NCBI GenBank assembly: GCA_050011355.1
Contig: JBEKJG010000006.1
Location: forward strand, 30,640 to 94,639
From: Thermoplasmata archaeon
Lineage (GTDB): Archaea > Thermoplasmatota > Thermoplasmata > Lutacidiplasmatales > UBA184
Direction: 5' to 3'
Length of the DNA: 64,000 nt
The position numbers were made by a program, and so were the translations under genes. The notes beneath the pieces were generated by a model that saw only the letters and a list, made by a program, of their open reading frames with translations, was not told the DNA's origin and made no database searches. The first letter of the stretch is position 1, and each line of letters opens with the position of its first letter. This document shows positions 1 through 7,056 of this stretch, piece after piece.

Positions 1-75
1 GGGCCAAGATCCGTCGGGACCTCGACGCGGCGGCCGATACGCTCTGGGCCGCGCGCCCGAAGTGACCTCGATCGG

Positions 76-750
76 TCAGCCGAATCCGAGGTCGTCGGCC
101 AGTTCCCGGGCGACCGCGTCCGCGAGCCGCTTCGGGGGGAGGTCGATCCCCCGCTCGGCCAACCCGACCAGGCGCTCGGCGATCGACGGGTCAGGGAATG
201 CGAAGAGTCGGCGCACGAGTTCCCGATCCGTGCTCACGGAGAGGGTCCCGTGGTGCAGGAGCGCGGTTCCGGTCAGGTGCTGCGCCGCGGCACCCATCAC
301 GCGGCCGCCGACCTCCAGCACGTGTCCTCGCGAGCTGAGTGGGCAGTACTCCGTTGACAGGCCCGGGGCCGGCACCCACGCGGCGGAGACGTAGTGGACC
401 GCGAGGGCCTGCACGAGGCCGGCACCGAACCGGCCGTACCCCTGCACGAAGTCCCGGCCCACCCTCGGGTCGGACCGGGGCAGTACGATCGCCCACACGA
501 GGTCCCCGTCGAGATGGAGGATCCCGGTACCTCCCGAAGACCGGCGGACGGTCGGAACCCCCTGCTCGCCGGCACGGCGCAGGTAGGGGGCCGTCTCCGG
601 TACTCCCACTCCGACGGAGAGCGCCGTCCCCCGGACGACGGCGACGTGCACGGCCGGGAGGCCGTCCCGCAACAGCTCTTCCTGGGCCCCCAGCGCCTCG
701 GCGAAGGTGGTGGGCGTCTCGACCTCGACCACGCTCGCCCGCGGAGCCAA
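76..750 (-). CDS. Lipoate/biotin protein ligase family protein (LplA/LipM-like catalytic domain)
   Basis: 224-aa ORF. RRSSGGTGILHLDGDLVWAIVLP resembles the RRxSGGGAVxHDxGNL pocket motif of the BPL_LplA_LipB family. Confidence 0.65.
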   Translation of the reverse strand: MAPRASVVEVETPTTFAEALGAQEELLRDGLPAVHVAVVRGTALSVGVGVPETAPYLRRAGEQGVPTVRRSSGGTGILHLDGDLVWAIVLPRSDPRVGRDFVQGYGRFGAGLVQALAVHYVSAAWVPAPGLSTEYCPLSSRGHVLEVGGRVMGAAAQHLTGTALLHHGTLSVSTDRELVRRLFAFPDPSIAERLVGLAERGIDLPPKRLADAVARELADDLGFG

Positions 751-818
751 TGTTCCCTCCGTCGACCCGAGGACGCCGGCGCTCTAAACCGTAAAGACCT
801 CCGGCCGTTCGTGCCGCC

Positions 819-1370
819 ATGGCCGAACTGGGAGCCTATCAGCTGCATCCGGGCGACGCCGCCCCGGACTTCCAGCTACCGGGCGTCGACGGGAAGACGT
901 ACCGGCTCGCGGACTTCGAGAAGTTCCCCCTGCTCGCCGTCGTCTTCTGGTGCAACCACTGCCCCTACGTCCAGGCCTGGGAAGGTCGGATGATCGAGAT
1001 CGGCCGCCGGTACGCACCGCGGGGAGTGGGGGTCGTGCTGATCAACTCGAACGATGCGCGGGCCTACCCGGAGGACCGGATGGAGGCGATGGTCGTCCGC
1101 GCCCGAGAGAAGGGCTACCCGTTCCCCTACCTGGTGGACGAGTCGCAGGCGACCGCCCATGCCTACGGCGCCCTCGTGACCCCCCATCCGATGCTGTTCG
1201 GTCCGGACCGGAAGCTACTGTTCCAGGGTCGGATCGACAACGACCATCAGCATCCGGAGCGGGCGTCCGAGAAGTACCTCGAACGGGCGATCGAGCAGGC
1301 GCTCGCCCACACTCCCGTCGCCCCGGCCGAGCTAACGGTCGCGGGATGCACCGTCAAGTGGCGGTCCTGA
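819..1370 (+). CDS. Thioredoxin-fold thiol-disulfide oxidoreductase (redoxin / AhpC-TSA family)
   Basis: 183-aa ORF with PDFQLPGVDGKTYRLADF and a WCNHCP CxxC centre. Its 3' end overlaps the convergent nop5 gene by 39 nt. Confidence 0.8.
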   Translation: MAELGAYQLHPGDAAPDFQLPGVDGKTYRLADFEKFPLLAVVFWCNHCPYVQAWEGRMIEIGRRYAPRGVGVVLINSNDARAYPEDRMEAMVVRAREKGYPFPYLVDESQATAHAYGALVTPHPMLFGPDRKLLFQGRIDNDHQHPERASEKYLERAIEQALAHTPVAPAELTVAGCTVKWRS

Positions 1371-2378
1371 GTGGCGCGCCCGAGGCGGTCCGTGACCAGC
1401 CCCCCGACGGGCCTTGAGGACGCTGCGCCGCGCGTCGAACGACTGGGCCAGCTCCGGATGGATCGGCGCGCCCCCGACGTCCAGCCGGGCGGCGATCGAG
1501 ACCTTCCCGGCCAGCGCCCGCGCGAGCTTGCCGCGCTCCCCCTTCGGCGCCGACTGGATCGCCGGATGCAGAAAGAGCAGGCCGTGGCGGGGGGGCGGCG
1601 CCCGGCCCCGGAGATGCTCGAAGAAGGCCCGCTCCGCGCCGAGGACCTGGACCGTGCTGGACGGGAGGCGGGCGAGCCGCTCGAGACCCCCCGCCTGCGC
1701 GATCATCCGGGCCGATAGCTCCGGTCCGAGGAGCGCGGAGACGTTCGGCGCCCGGACCGGAGCCGTCGCCTCGATCGCCTTCGTCAGGGCATGACGTGTC
1801 CCTTCGACCGCACGGAACAGCTCGGCGAGCTTGCGGCGCGCCTCGGTGAGGGACGGGTCCTGGGGGGACAGCGCCGAGATCACTCCCGGGGCCATCGCCT
1901 CCCGAGCCGCGCGGTCGTGATCGCCCGGATCCACCTCGGGGCGGTCCCGGGAAACCCAGGTGCCGAGGCGCTCGCCGATCAGGTTGCGCACGCGGTCGAG
2001 GTCCGCCGCCGCGCGGACCGCCTCCTGGACGTGAATGCTGGGGTCCCACGCGCGCTCGAGCGCATGCTCCGCTTCGGACAGGAGAGCCGTCCGCTGGAGC
2101 ATTGGGTCCACTCCGGACGCCACCGCGTCGATCGTGACGGCAGAGTCGGCGTCGAACCGAAGACCGTGCTCGGCGAGTCGTCGGTCCCGGGTGACCCACT
2201 CCGCGCTCCCCCGAGCTCCCAGCAGCTCTTCCTCCTCCGGCGTGAGGCCACCCTCGCGCCGACGGGCCGCCCGTTGAGCGAGAGCGTCCGGGTCCAGCGG
2301 GCAGGGAACCGCGCGGACCACCGTCCCGTCCGCGACCAGGAACGCGCCGAACCAGGTCGTGACGAAGGCGATGGTCAT
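1332..2378 (-). CDS. nop5: Nop5/Nop56-family C/D box sRNP core protein
   Basis: Nop domain: NVSALLGPELSARMIAQAGGLERLARLPSSTVQVLGAERAFF...HGLLFLHPAIQ...GKLARALAGKVSIAARLD. Start set at ATG 2378 (MTIAFVTTWFG). The 135 upstream codons of ORF 1332..2783 are S/A/R-rich read-through. Confidence 0.8.
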   Translation of the reverse strand: MTIAFVTTWFGAFLVADGTVVRAVPCPLDPDALAQRAARRREGGLTPEEEELLGARGSAEWVTRDRRLAEHGLRFDADSAVTIDAVASGVDPMLQRTALLSEAEHALERAWDPSIHVQEAVRAAADLDRVRNLIGERLGTWVSRDRPEVDPGDHDRAAREAMAPGVISALSPQDPSLTEARRKLAELFRAVEGTRHALTKAIEATAPVRAPNVSALLGPELSARMIAQAGGLERLARLPSSTVQVLGAERAFFEHLRGRAPPPRHGLLFLHPAIQSAPKGERGKLARALAGKVSIAARLDVGGAPIHPELAQSFDARRSVLKARRGAGHGPPRARHSGPPLDGASRDR

Positions 2379-2474
2379 GCGGGCCCCCGGTGACGATCGA
2401 GCGTGTCTGAGTTCCGGGCCCGCCGACGGCCCGCGGGAACTTGCAGGACCACGAACGTGGGGAAGCCGTCGCGC

Positions 2475-2481
2475 ATAAATA
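2475..2481 (+). promoter_or_regulatory. TATA-like box (ATAAATA) about 28 nt upstream of the ATG at 2506
   Basis: AT-rich heptamer in GC-rich DNA. The same spacing recurs at other genes in this window, suggesting leaderless or short-leader mRNAs. Confidence 0.4.
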
Positions 2482-2505
2482 GCCCGGCTCGGGTCGAGCC
2501 CCGTC

Positions 2506-3408
2506 ATGCCCGAAGACCCCGCCCACCCCCTCGTTCGATCCGAACGGTCGGGCCCCACGCTCCTCCTCACGATCGACCACCCCCCCGTGAACGTGCTCTC
2601 TCGGGCGGTACTCGAAGCGCTTCTCCGACGGCTGGACGAGGCCGAGGCCGATCCCCAGGTCCGTGTGGTCGTGCTCGCGAGCGCGGCCGCCAAGGCGTTC
2701 GCCGCCGGCGCCGACATCCGAGAGATGGCCGGCATGGGCCCGGAGGAAGCCCGAGTGCACGGGGCGCGCGGGCAGGCCGTCACCCGGCGGATCGAACGGC
2801 TGCCGCTCCCCGTTATCGCGGCCGTCCAGGGCGTGTGCCTTGGAGGGGGGTGCGAGGTGGCCCTCGCGTGCGATTTCGTGATCGCGACCCCGGACGCCCA
2901 GTTCGGTCAACCCGAGATCAACCTCGGCGTCACCCCGGGGTGGGGGGGCTCCCAGCGCCTTCCCCGACGGATCGGGGTCGCCCGGGCTCGGCGATGGATC
3001 TACACGGGCCGGTCGGTCGGGGCGGAGGAGGCCCGCTCCGACGGCTGGGTCGACCGGGTGGTTCCCCGCGAGGAGCTCCTTCCCGCGGCCCTCGCCTTGG
3101 CAGAGGAGCTGGCGGCGAAGCCGCCGTTGGCCCTCGCCGCGGCGAAGTACGAGATCCTACGCGCCGCCGACCCGGCGATCGATGAGTCGCTCGCGTACGA
3201 GTTGGACCTGTGGGCTCGCCTCTTCGGAACGCCCGACCAGCGCGAGGGAATGCGGGCGTTCCTCGAAAAGAAGCCGGTGCCTCCGCGCGACCGGACCGGC
3301 TGGGCAGAGGACTCGGTGGGGTTCCCCTGGAGCCATCCGGGAGCTCCGGGACGGGACGACGGCGCGGGCGGAAAACGGAAAAGGAAGGACGGGTCGGGTC
3401 AGGACTGA
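2506..3408 (+). CDS. Enoyl-CoA hydratase/isomerase (crotonase) family protein
   Basis: 300-aa ORF with crotonase motifs FAAGADIREM, IAAVQGVCLGGGCEVALACD and FGQPEINLGVTPGWGGSQRLPR, plus a basic C-terminal tail. Confidence 0.85.
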   Translation: MPEDPAHPLVRSERSGPTLLLTIDHPPVNVLSRAVLEALLRRLDEAEADPQVRVVVLASAAAKAFAAGADIREMAGMGPEEARVHGARGQAVTRRIERLPLPVIAAVQGVCLGGGCEVALACDFVIATPDAQFGQPEINLGVTPGWGGSQRLPRRIGVARARRWIYTGRSVGAEEARSDGWVDRVVPREELLPAALALAEELAAKPPLALAAAKYEILRAADPAIDESLAYELDLWARLFGTPDQREGMRAFLEKKPVPPRDRTGWAEDSVGFPWSHPGAPGRDDGAGGKRKRKDGSGQD

Positions 3409-3409
3409 C

Positions 3410-3482
3410 GCCGCGGTGGCTCAGCTGGCAGAGCGGCTCCTTGGTAAGGAGCAGGTCGAGGGTTCAAATCCCTCCCGCGGCT
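3410..3482 (+). tRNA. tRNA-Thr (anticodon GGU)
   Basis: Hand-folded cloverleaf. Acceptor GCCGCGG/CCGCGGC, D-stem GCTC/GAGC, anticodon stem GCTCC/GGAGC with loop TTGGTAA, T-arm GAGGG-TTCAAAT-CCCTC, discriminator T. Confidence 0.9.
3458..3482 (+). repeat. Left copy of direct repeat (T-arm stems plus 3' acceptor strand of tRNA-Thr)
   Basis: GAGGG..CCCTCCCGCGGCT. The 13-mer ccctcccgcggct recurs exactly at 5192..5204 and the 17-mer aaatccctcccgcggct recurs 16/17 at 5188..5204. GAGGG also recurs at 5167..5171. Confidence 0.7.
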
Positions 3483-3552
3483 TCGGGACGAGTCGCTCGT
3501 CGACACCCGGACGGGATTCGGTTCGAGCCAAGGCGGGTGGATTACAGCAGCT

Positions 3553-3873
3553 TCAATCTGCCGGAGGCCCCCGACTGTGCGGCTTAAAACCCTGGTACGT
3601 CCGATTCGTACGCAGTAGAATCCGCTCTATCACTGGACGCCCGTGACGGATTTGGTAGAGCGCCCGATATCCAACAACTTTCAGACGCCATCGCCTCGGA
3701 TCATTTCGAATGGGGCAGACGTCCAAAGTTTCGGACGGCCTTTGGGGGTATCGAGTGAACTCAGGGAATAGGGCCGCGAACTGCTCGATAACTTCCGGAG
3801 GAAGCGCCCAGAATTGGAGACGGGCACTGAACGTGAAGTCGGGCCAATCGTCCCGCGACCTACGTGCGGCCAC
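3553..3873 (-). CDS. RelE/ParE-superfamily toxin-like protein
   Basis: 106-aa ORF. RRWRLKVVGYRALYQIRHGRPVIERILLRTNRTY fits the RelE/ParE pattern (wRlRvGdYRaiYei...v.i..v.hR...Y). It overlaps the upstream antitoxin-like ORF by 14 nt. Paralog at 20307..20630. Confidence 0.65.
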   Translation of the reverse strand: MAARRSRDDWPDFTFSARLQFWALPPEVIEQFAALFPEFTRYPQRPSETLDVCPIRNDPRRWRLKVVGYRALYQIRHGRPVIERILLRTNRTYQGFKPHSRGPPAD

Positions 3874-4102
3874 GCTGGCGGCTCCACTCGGCGAACTCGC
3901 GCTTCATTTCGGCGCCCGGAATGATGCGCTCCGTACGGAGCCGCCGGTCCAGCTCGGACCGGAGGGATGGGGAAATGAAGTCATCCGCGAGCGCCAAGAG
4001 AAAGTCGTCCCACGTCTGATCGGCCATCTTGGTCCCGCGAAGTGCCTGCAGCGTGGATTGGTGAACGGGGATGCTCGTGACCGCGTCCGAAGTCGACATC
4101 AT
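3860..4102 (-). CDS. Antitoxin-like protein (PF02697/DUF217 VapB-like pattern)
   Basis: VTSIPVHQSTLQALRGTKMADQTWDDFLLALADDF aligns with the paralog at 20080..20310 (LTSIPVHADVVRRLRSLKTADQTWDEFLTEMAEDY). The track ORF begins at TTG 4108. ATG 4102 or 4099 fits the TATA box at 4123..4129 better. Confidence 0.6.
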   Translation of the reverse strand: MMSTSDAVTSIPVHQSTLQALRGTKMADQTWDDFLLALADDFISPSLRSELDRRLRTERIIPGAEMKREFAEWSRQRGRT

Positions 4103-4122
4103 TTGCAAAATGATTCAAATGG

Positions 4123-4129
4123 TATAAAA
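4123..4129 (-). promoter_or_regulatory. TATA box (TTTTATA on the minus strand) for the TA pair
   Basis: Lies 24-27 nt upstream of the ATG codons at 4102 and 4099, in a locally AT-rich spacer. Confidence 0.45.
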
Positions 4130-4387
4130 GAAGTGACTTGCCTGGCCGCGCGACCGGTTCCGCCGAGCATTCATCCTCCGCGACCCCGCTCCCATCTTAC
4201 TCGGAATCGCCGGGAGATTGGGTCTTCGCACCCCGGGACCTTGAACAGGTCACCGGAGCCCTCCTACGGCTGACTTCCCAGGTCGACGGCGTCTCCTCGA
4301 ACGGTACCGTTCCGCCCCTCAAAAGCCAAGGCTGCCGTCCACCGAAAATCTCCTATCGAGTATTCTACTACCCTTTACCGCGTTCCC

Positions 4388-5101
4388 ATGCGACTCCGAA
4401 CCGTCTTCTTCGACTGGGGCGGAACGCTCGCGCAGATTCCACCGCAGCTCAATCGACCCGAACTGGTCTGGGACTCGACCTGCTCGGGTTTCGACATCCG
4501 ACGCACGGAGGCAGAGATCCACCAGGCGCTCGTCGAGGTGGACCGGAGTCTAGGCCCCCAGATCTACAGGTACGTAGGGCGAACGCGCGAATACTGGGGA
4601 CTCTACGACGGGGCCATGATGGATCGATTGGATATCCAGTTCCGCCGGGACGAGATCGAAGCGGCCGTGCAGGCAAAGTTCGAGGACCCCTCGGTCGTGC
4701 AGCTCTTCCCCGAGACCTGGTCTGTCTTGGACCGTCTTCGGGCCCAGGGGTACCCGCTGGGCGTGATTTCGAATCACCACGACGGGCTATTGGACGTGTT
4801 GAGGTTTCACGGCCTCGACCAAGTCTTCAAGTCCGTCACTTACTCGCAGGAGGTAGGTGCGGAGAAGCCCTCGTCCGCAGTGTTCGAGCGGGCCCTGAAA
4901 CGGGCGGGATGTTCACCGGACGAAGCCCTGCATGTGGGAGATTCTCTTCGGGCCGACGTAGAAGGAGCCGAAGCCTGCGGGCTCAGCGCGGTCTGGCTGA
5001 ACCGGGATGGGCGGCCGGGGGTAACGACGGCGCGAACCATTCGGACTCTAAACGAACTGGTGCCCATTGTCGAGCAGCTGGCGGGCCCAGGCAAGGGATG
5101 A
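4388..5101 (+). CDS. HAD-superfamily hydrolase (subfamily IA-like)
   Basis: 237-aa ORF with motif I FFDWGGTL, motif II VISNH, and motif III/IV EKPSSAVF...HVGDSLRADVEGA. Confidence 0.85.
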   Translation: MRLRTVFFDWGGTLAQIPPQLNRPELVWDSTCSGFDIRRTEAEIHQALVEVDRSLGPQIYRYVGRTREYWGLYDGAMMDRLDIQFRRDEIEAAVQAKFEDPSVVQLFPETWSVLDRLRAQGYPLGVISNHHDGLLDVLRFHGLDQVFKSVTYSQEVGAEKPSSAVFERALKRAGCSPDEALHVGDSLRADVEGAEACGLSAVWLNRDGRPGVTTARTIRTLNELVPIVEQLAGPGKG

Positions 5102-5166
5102 GGTAGCTTCCCACCGCCCACCCTGGATCGCCTCCATTCTCTAAGGGTGTCGGAGTTCCTCGGACC

Positions 5167-5204
5167 GAGGGCTTTGAATCAAACGAGAAAGCCCTCCCGC
5201 GGCT
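5167..5204 (+). repeat. Right copy of the tRNA-Thr 3'-end repeat, with a T-arm-like hairpin and expanded loop
   Basis: gagggcttt(5167-5175) - 12-nt loop - aaagccctc(5188-5196), followed by ccgcggct. It keeps the GAGGG/CCCTC T-stem and the 3' acceptor strand of tRNA-Thr. No matching 5' acceptor strand (gccgcgg) lies upstream. Confidence 0.65.
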
Positions 5205-5346
5205 CGTCCGGGGACCCGGACCGGTGGACGCGAAACGTTCCGGTCGAGTGTGAACGCGAACGGCGGGGTCGATGACCCGCCCCCGCCTCCCGACCTTGTC
5301 CGTGGGACGTTAGGGCGAGCGTCGAAGGGGCCGGCGTGGCGGGCCC

Positions 5347-5871
5347 CTACGCCGTGATGCGTTCCCTCACCACCCTCCGAGCGATCGTCGCGACTTGCCT
5401 TTCGGTCCGCCCGTCGGTGTCGATCACAAACTCTCCGCGGACCGGGCGAGTGACCCAACCCTCGTGGCTCGCCCGGACATAGGAGGGCCGGAGGGTCGTC
5501 TTCCTTCGGACCGCCTCGGCGGTGGAGGTCGTCAGGCGGAAGAGCACCACCCGAGGGTCTGAGCGCGACCTTCCGACCTTGCGCAGGAAGCGGTCGACGT
5601 TCTTGGTCGAAAGCAGGAGTCCGGGGTCCATCACGAGGTTCAAGCCTCGCCCGAGGACGAGCCGTGCGTGGAGCGCCAGAAGGTCGATCTCCACATCCCA
5701 CTCCTGATCGAGGAACTCCCCCGAAGAGTCGGCCGGGTGGTACGAAGCTGCAGCGTCTGTGTCGAGGGCCCAAAACGGAACGCGACGGCCACGGGCGAGC
5801 GCGCGCATCAGCGTGGTCTTGCCCGCACCGATCGGGCCACGGATGATCGCGAGGAGCGGTCGTGCCTTCAT
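5347..5871 (-). CDS. P-loop NTPase/kinase (AAA_33 / zeta-toxin-like fold), function unknown
   Basis: Walker A IRGPIGAGKTTLMRAL. Start set at ATG 5871 (MKARPLLAII). The upstream part of ORF 5347..6039 carries no recognisable signal. Confidence 0.6.
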   Translation of the reverse strand: MKARPLLAIIRGPIGAGKTTLMRALARGRRVPFWALDTDAAASYHPADSSGEFLDQEWDVEIDLLALHARLVLGRGLNLVMDPGLLLSTKNVDRFLRKVGRSRSDPRVVLFRLTTSTAEAVRRKTTLRPSYVRASHEGWVTRPVRGEFVIDTDGRTERQVATIARRVVRERITA

Positions 5872-6132
5872 CGCCGGGTACCCATGTTCCACGCCGCTTC
5901 GGGCAAGAGAGGGTACACCTTTACTCCACCCCATCGTGGACACGTGGGGGGTGCACCGGACCGCCTCGGGAACAACGAACTTCGGACTCAACCACGCGGC
6001 CTCGCCACGGCCGATCCTCCCTCTCGGGCCGAACGTCAAACCTTCCCACCGGATCCTTCACTCTCGGGGCGGCTAGGTTCGCGGAGCGCTCGCGCTGAGG
6101 GAACGGCCGCCCCGCCAGCCATGGACTAAAGC

Positions 6133-7008
6133 GTGGGGGATGCCTTCGGTGGAGTGAAGGAAGCGAACGATCTGACCGGAGCCGAGGAGCTGGTTCGCCG
6201 CGCCCATCGGACCGAGATCGAGGCCAAGTGGGCGATCACCCAGATCGCACCACGACCCCGTCGTCGGGATTGGCCGGGGGCCACCGCTGTCGCCTGTGAC
6301 GTTCCCTCGTCCGTCGCCAACGTCCTCTTCGTGACCGAACGCCCCTCGGACCCGAACGGCCTCCTGGACGAGGCGAGCGGGTTCTTTGGGCCGAGCACGC
6401 CGTGGAAGATGATGGCCCCCCGGGAGCTCGCGCCCACCCTGGAGCGGGCCGCCCAGCGAGCCGTCCTCACACCCTCGGAGACGGTGCCGGGGCTCCTGTT
6501 GGACCCGGTGGCCACCCCTCCGGCACCGCCCCCGGGGTTTGCCGTCCGAGCGGTGACCGACCTCATGGACTTTCGACTCTTCCTGAAAGCCGGCGCGGCG
6601 GGATTCGGGATCCCGCACTGGATCCTTCGGGCGGCGTTCCGGGAGCTACCTTCTGCGCCGGCGAACGGAGACCCTCCTCTCCAGCTGTTCGTGGGCCTCG
6701 CGGGCGGGAAACCCGTCGCGACATCCGCACTGTTCGTGGGCCGGGAAATCTCGGAGGTCTCGTTCGTCAGCACGGTCCCCGGCGCGCGGAAGCACGGCTA
6801 CGGTGCGGCCATCACGTGGGCCGCCGTAGGGGCCGGACGAGGTCGGGGCGGACGGTCCGCGTATCTTCGGGCGACCGAGATGGGCCGGTCGGTCTACGAG
6901 CGGATGGGCTTCCGGTGGCTGGTCGACTACCAAGAGTGGCACTCTGCACTGTCTGGAGTGCACAAGCTCCGCGCCGTGCTCCGGGCTCTCCGCATCGCCC
7001 TCGTCTGA
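6133..7008 (+). CDS. GNAT-family N-acetyltransferase with an N-terminal extension
   Basis: C-terminal acetyl-CoA motif VSTVPGARKHGYGAAITWAAV...YERMGF. Start uncertain. Confidence 0.65.
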   Translation: MGDAFGGVKEANDLTGAEELVRRAHRTEIEAKWAITQIAPRPRRRDWPGATAVACDVPSSVANVLFVTERPSDPNGLLDEASGFFGPSTPWKMMAPRELAPTLERAAQRAVLTPSETVPGLLLDPVATPPAPPPGFAVRAVTDLMDFRLFLKAGAAGFGIPHWILRAAFRELPSAPANGDPPLQLFVGLAGGKPVATSALFVGREISEVSFVSTVPGARKHGYGAAITWAAVGAGRGRGGRSAYLRATEMGRSVYERMGFRWLVDYQEWHSALSGVHKLRAVLRALRIALV

Positions 7009-7056
7009 TCGAACTTCCCGACAGGGAGGTGTTCGGGTCGGGGCCCCTGTCTTGGA

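Larger units (their letters stand above)
3483..5204. mobile_element. Putative integrase-less integrated cassette at tRNA-Thr (TA pair plus HAD hydrolase)
   Basis: Bounded by the tRNA-Thr 3' end and its direct repeat at 5167..5204. Spot GC is 33/60 in each of 3601-3660 and 3661-3720, versus 41/60 in 2581-2640. No recombinase ORF is present. Confidence 0.45.

Noticed and set aside
1-65. Open frame ending at TGA 63..65 (..AKIRRDLDAAADTLWAARPK), possibly the 3' end of an upstream plus-strand gene
   Set aside because: Only 20 codons are visible and there is no motif, so it cannot be supported as a feature.
4259-4271. ccctcctacggct, an 11/13 match to the tRNA-Thr 3' end, located between the TA pair and the HAD gene. 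It could be a third att copy, implying tandem accretion.
   Set aside because: Two mismatches in 13 nt is only borderline above chance for an ~800-nt search space. It is noted as a possibility but not counted as evidence.
5205-5217. The 13-mer cgtccggggaccc is shared between this site and the tRNA-Met D-loop insertion (19770..19782).
   Set aside because: For an unconstrained all-against-all comparison in 64 kb of ~68% GC DNA, many exact 13-mers are expected by chance. There is no supporting context.
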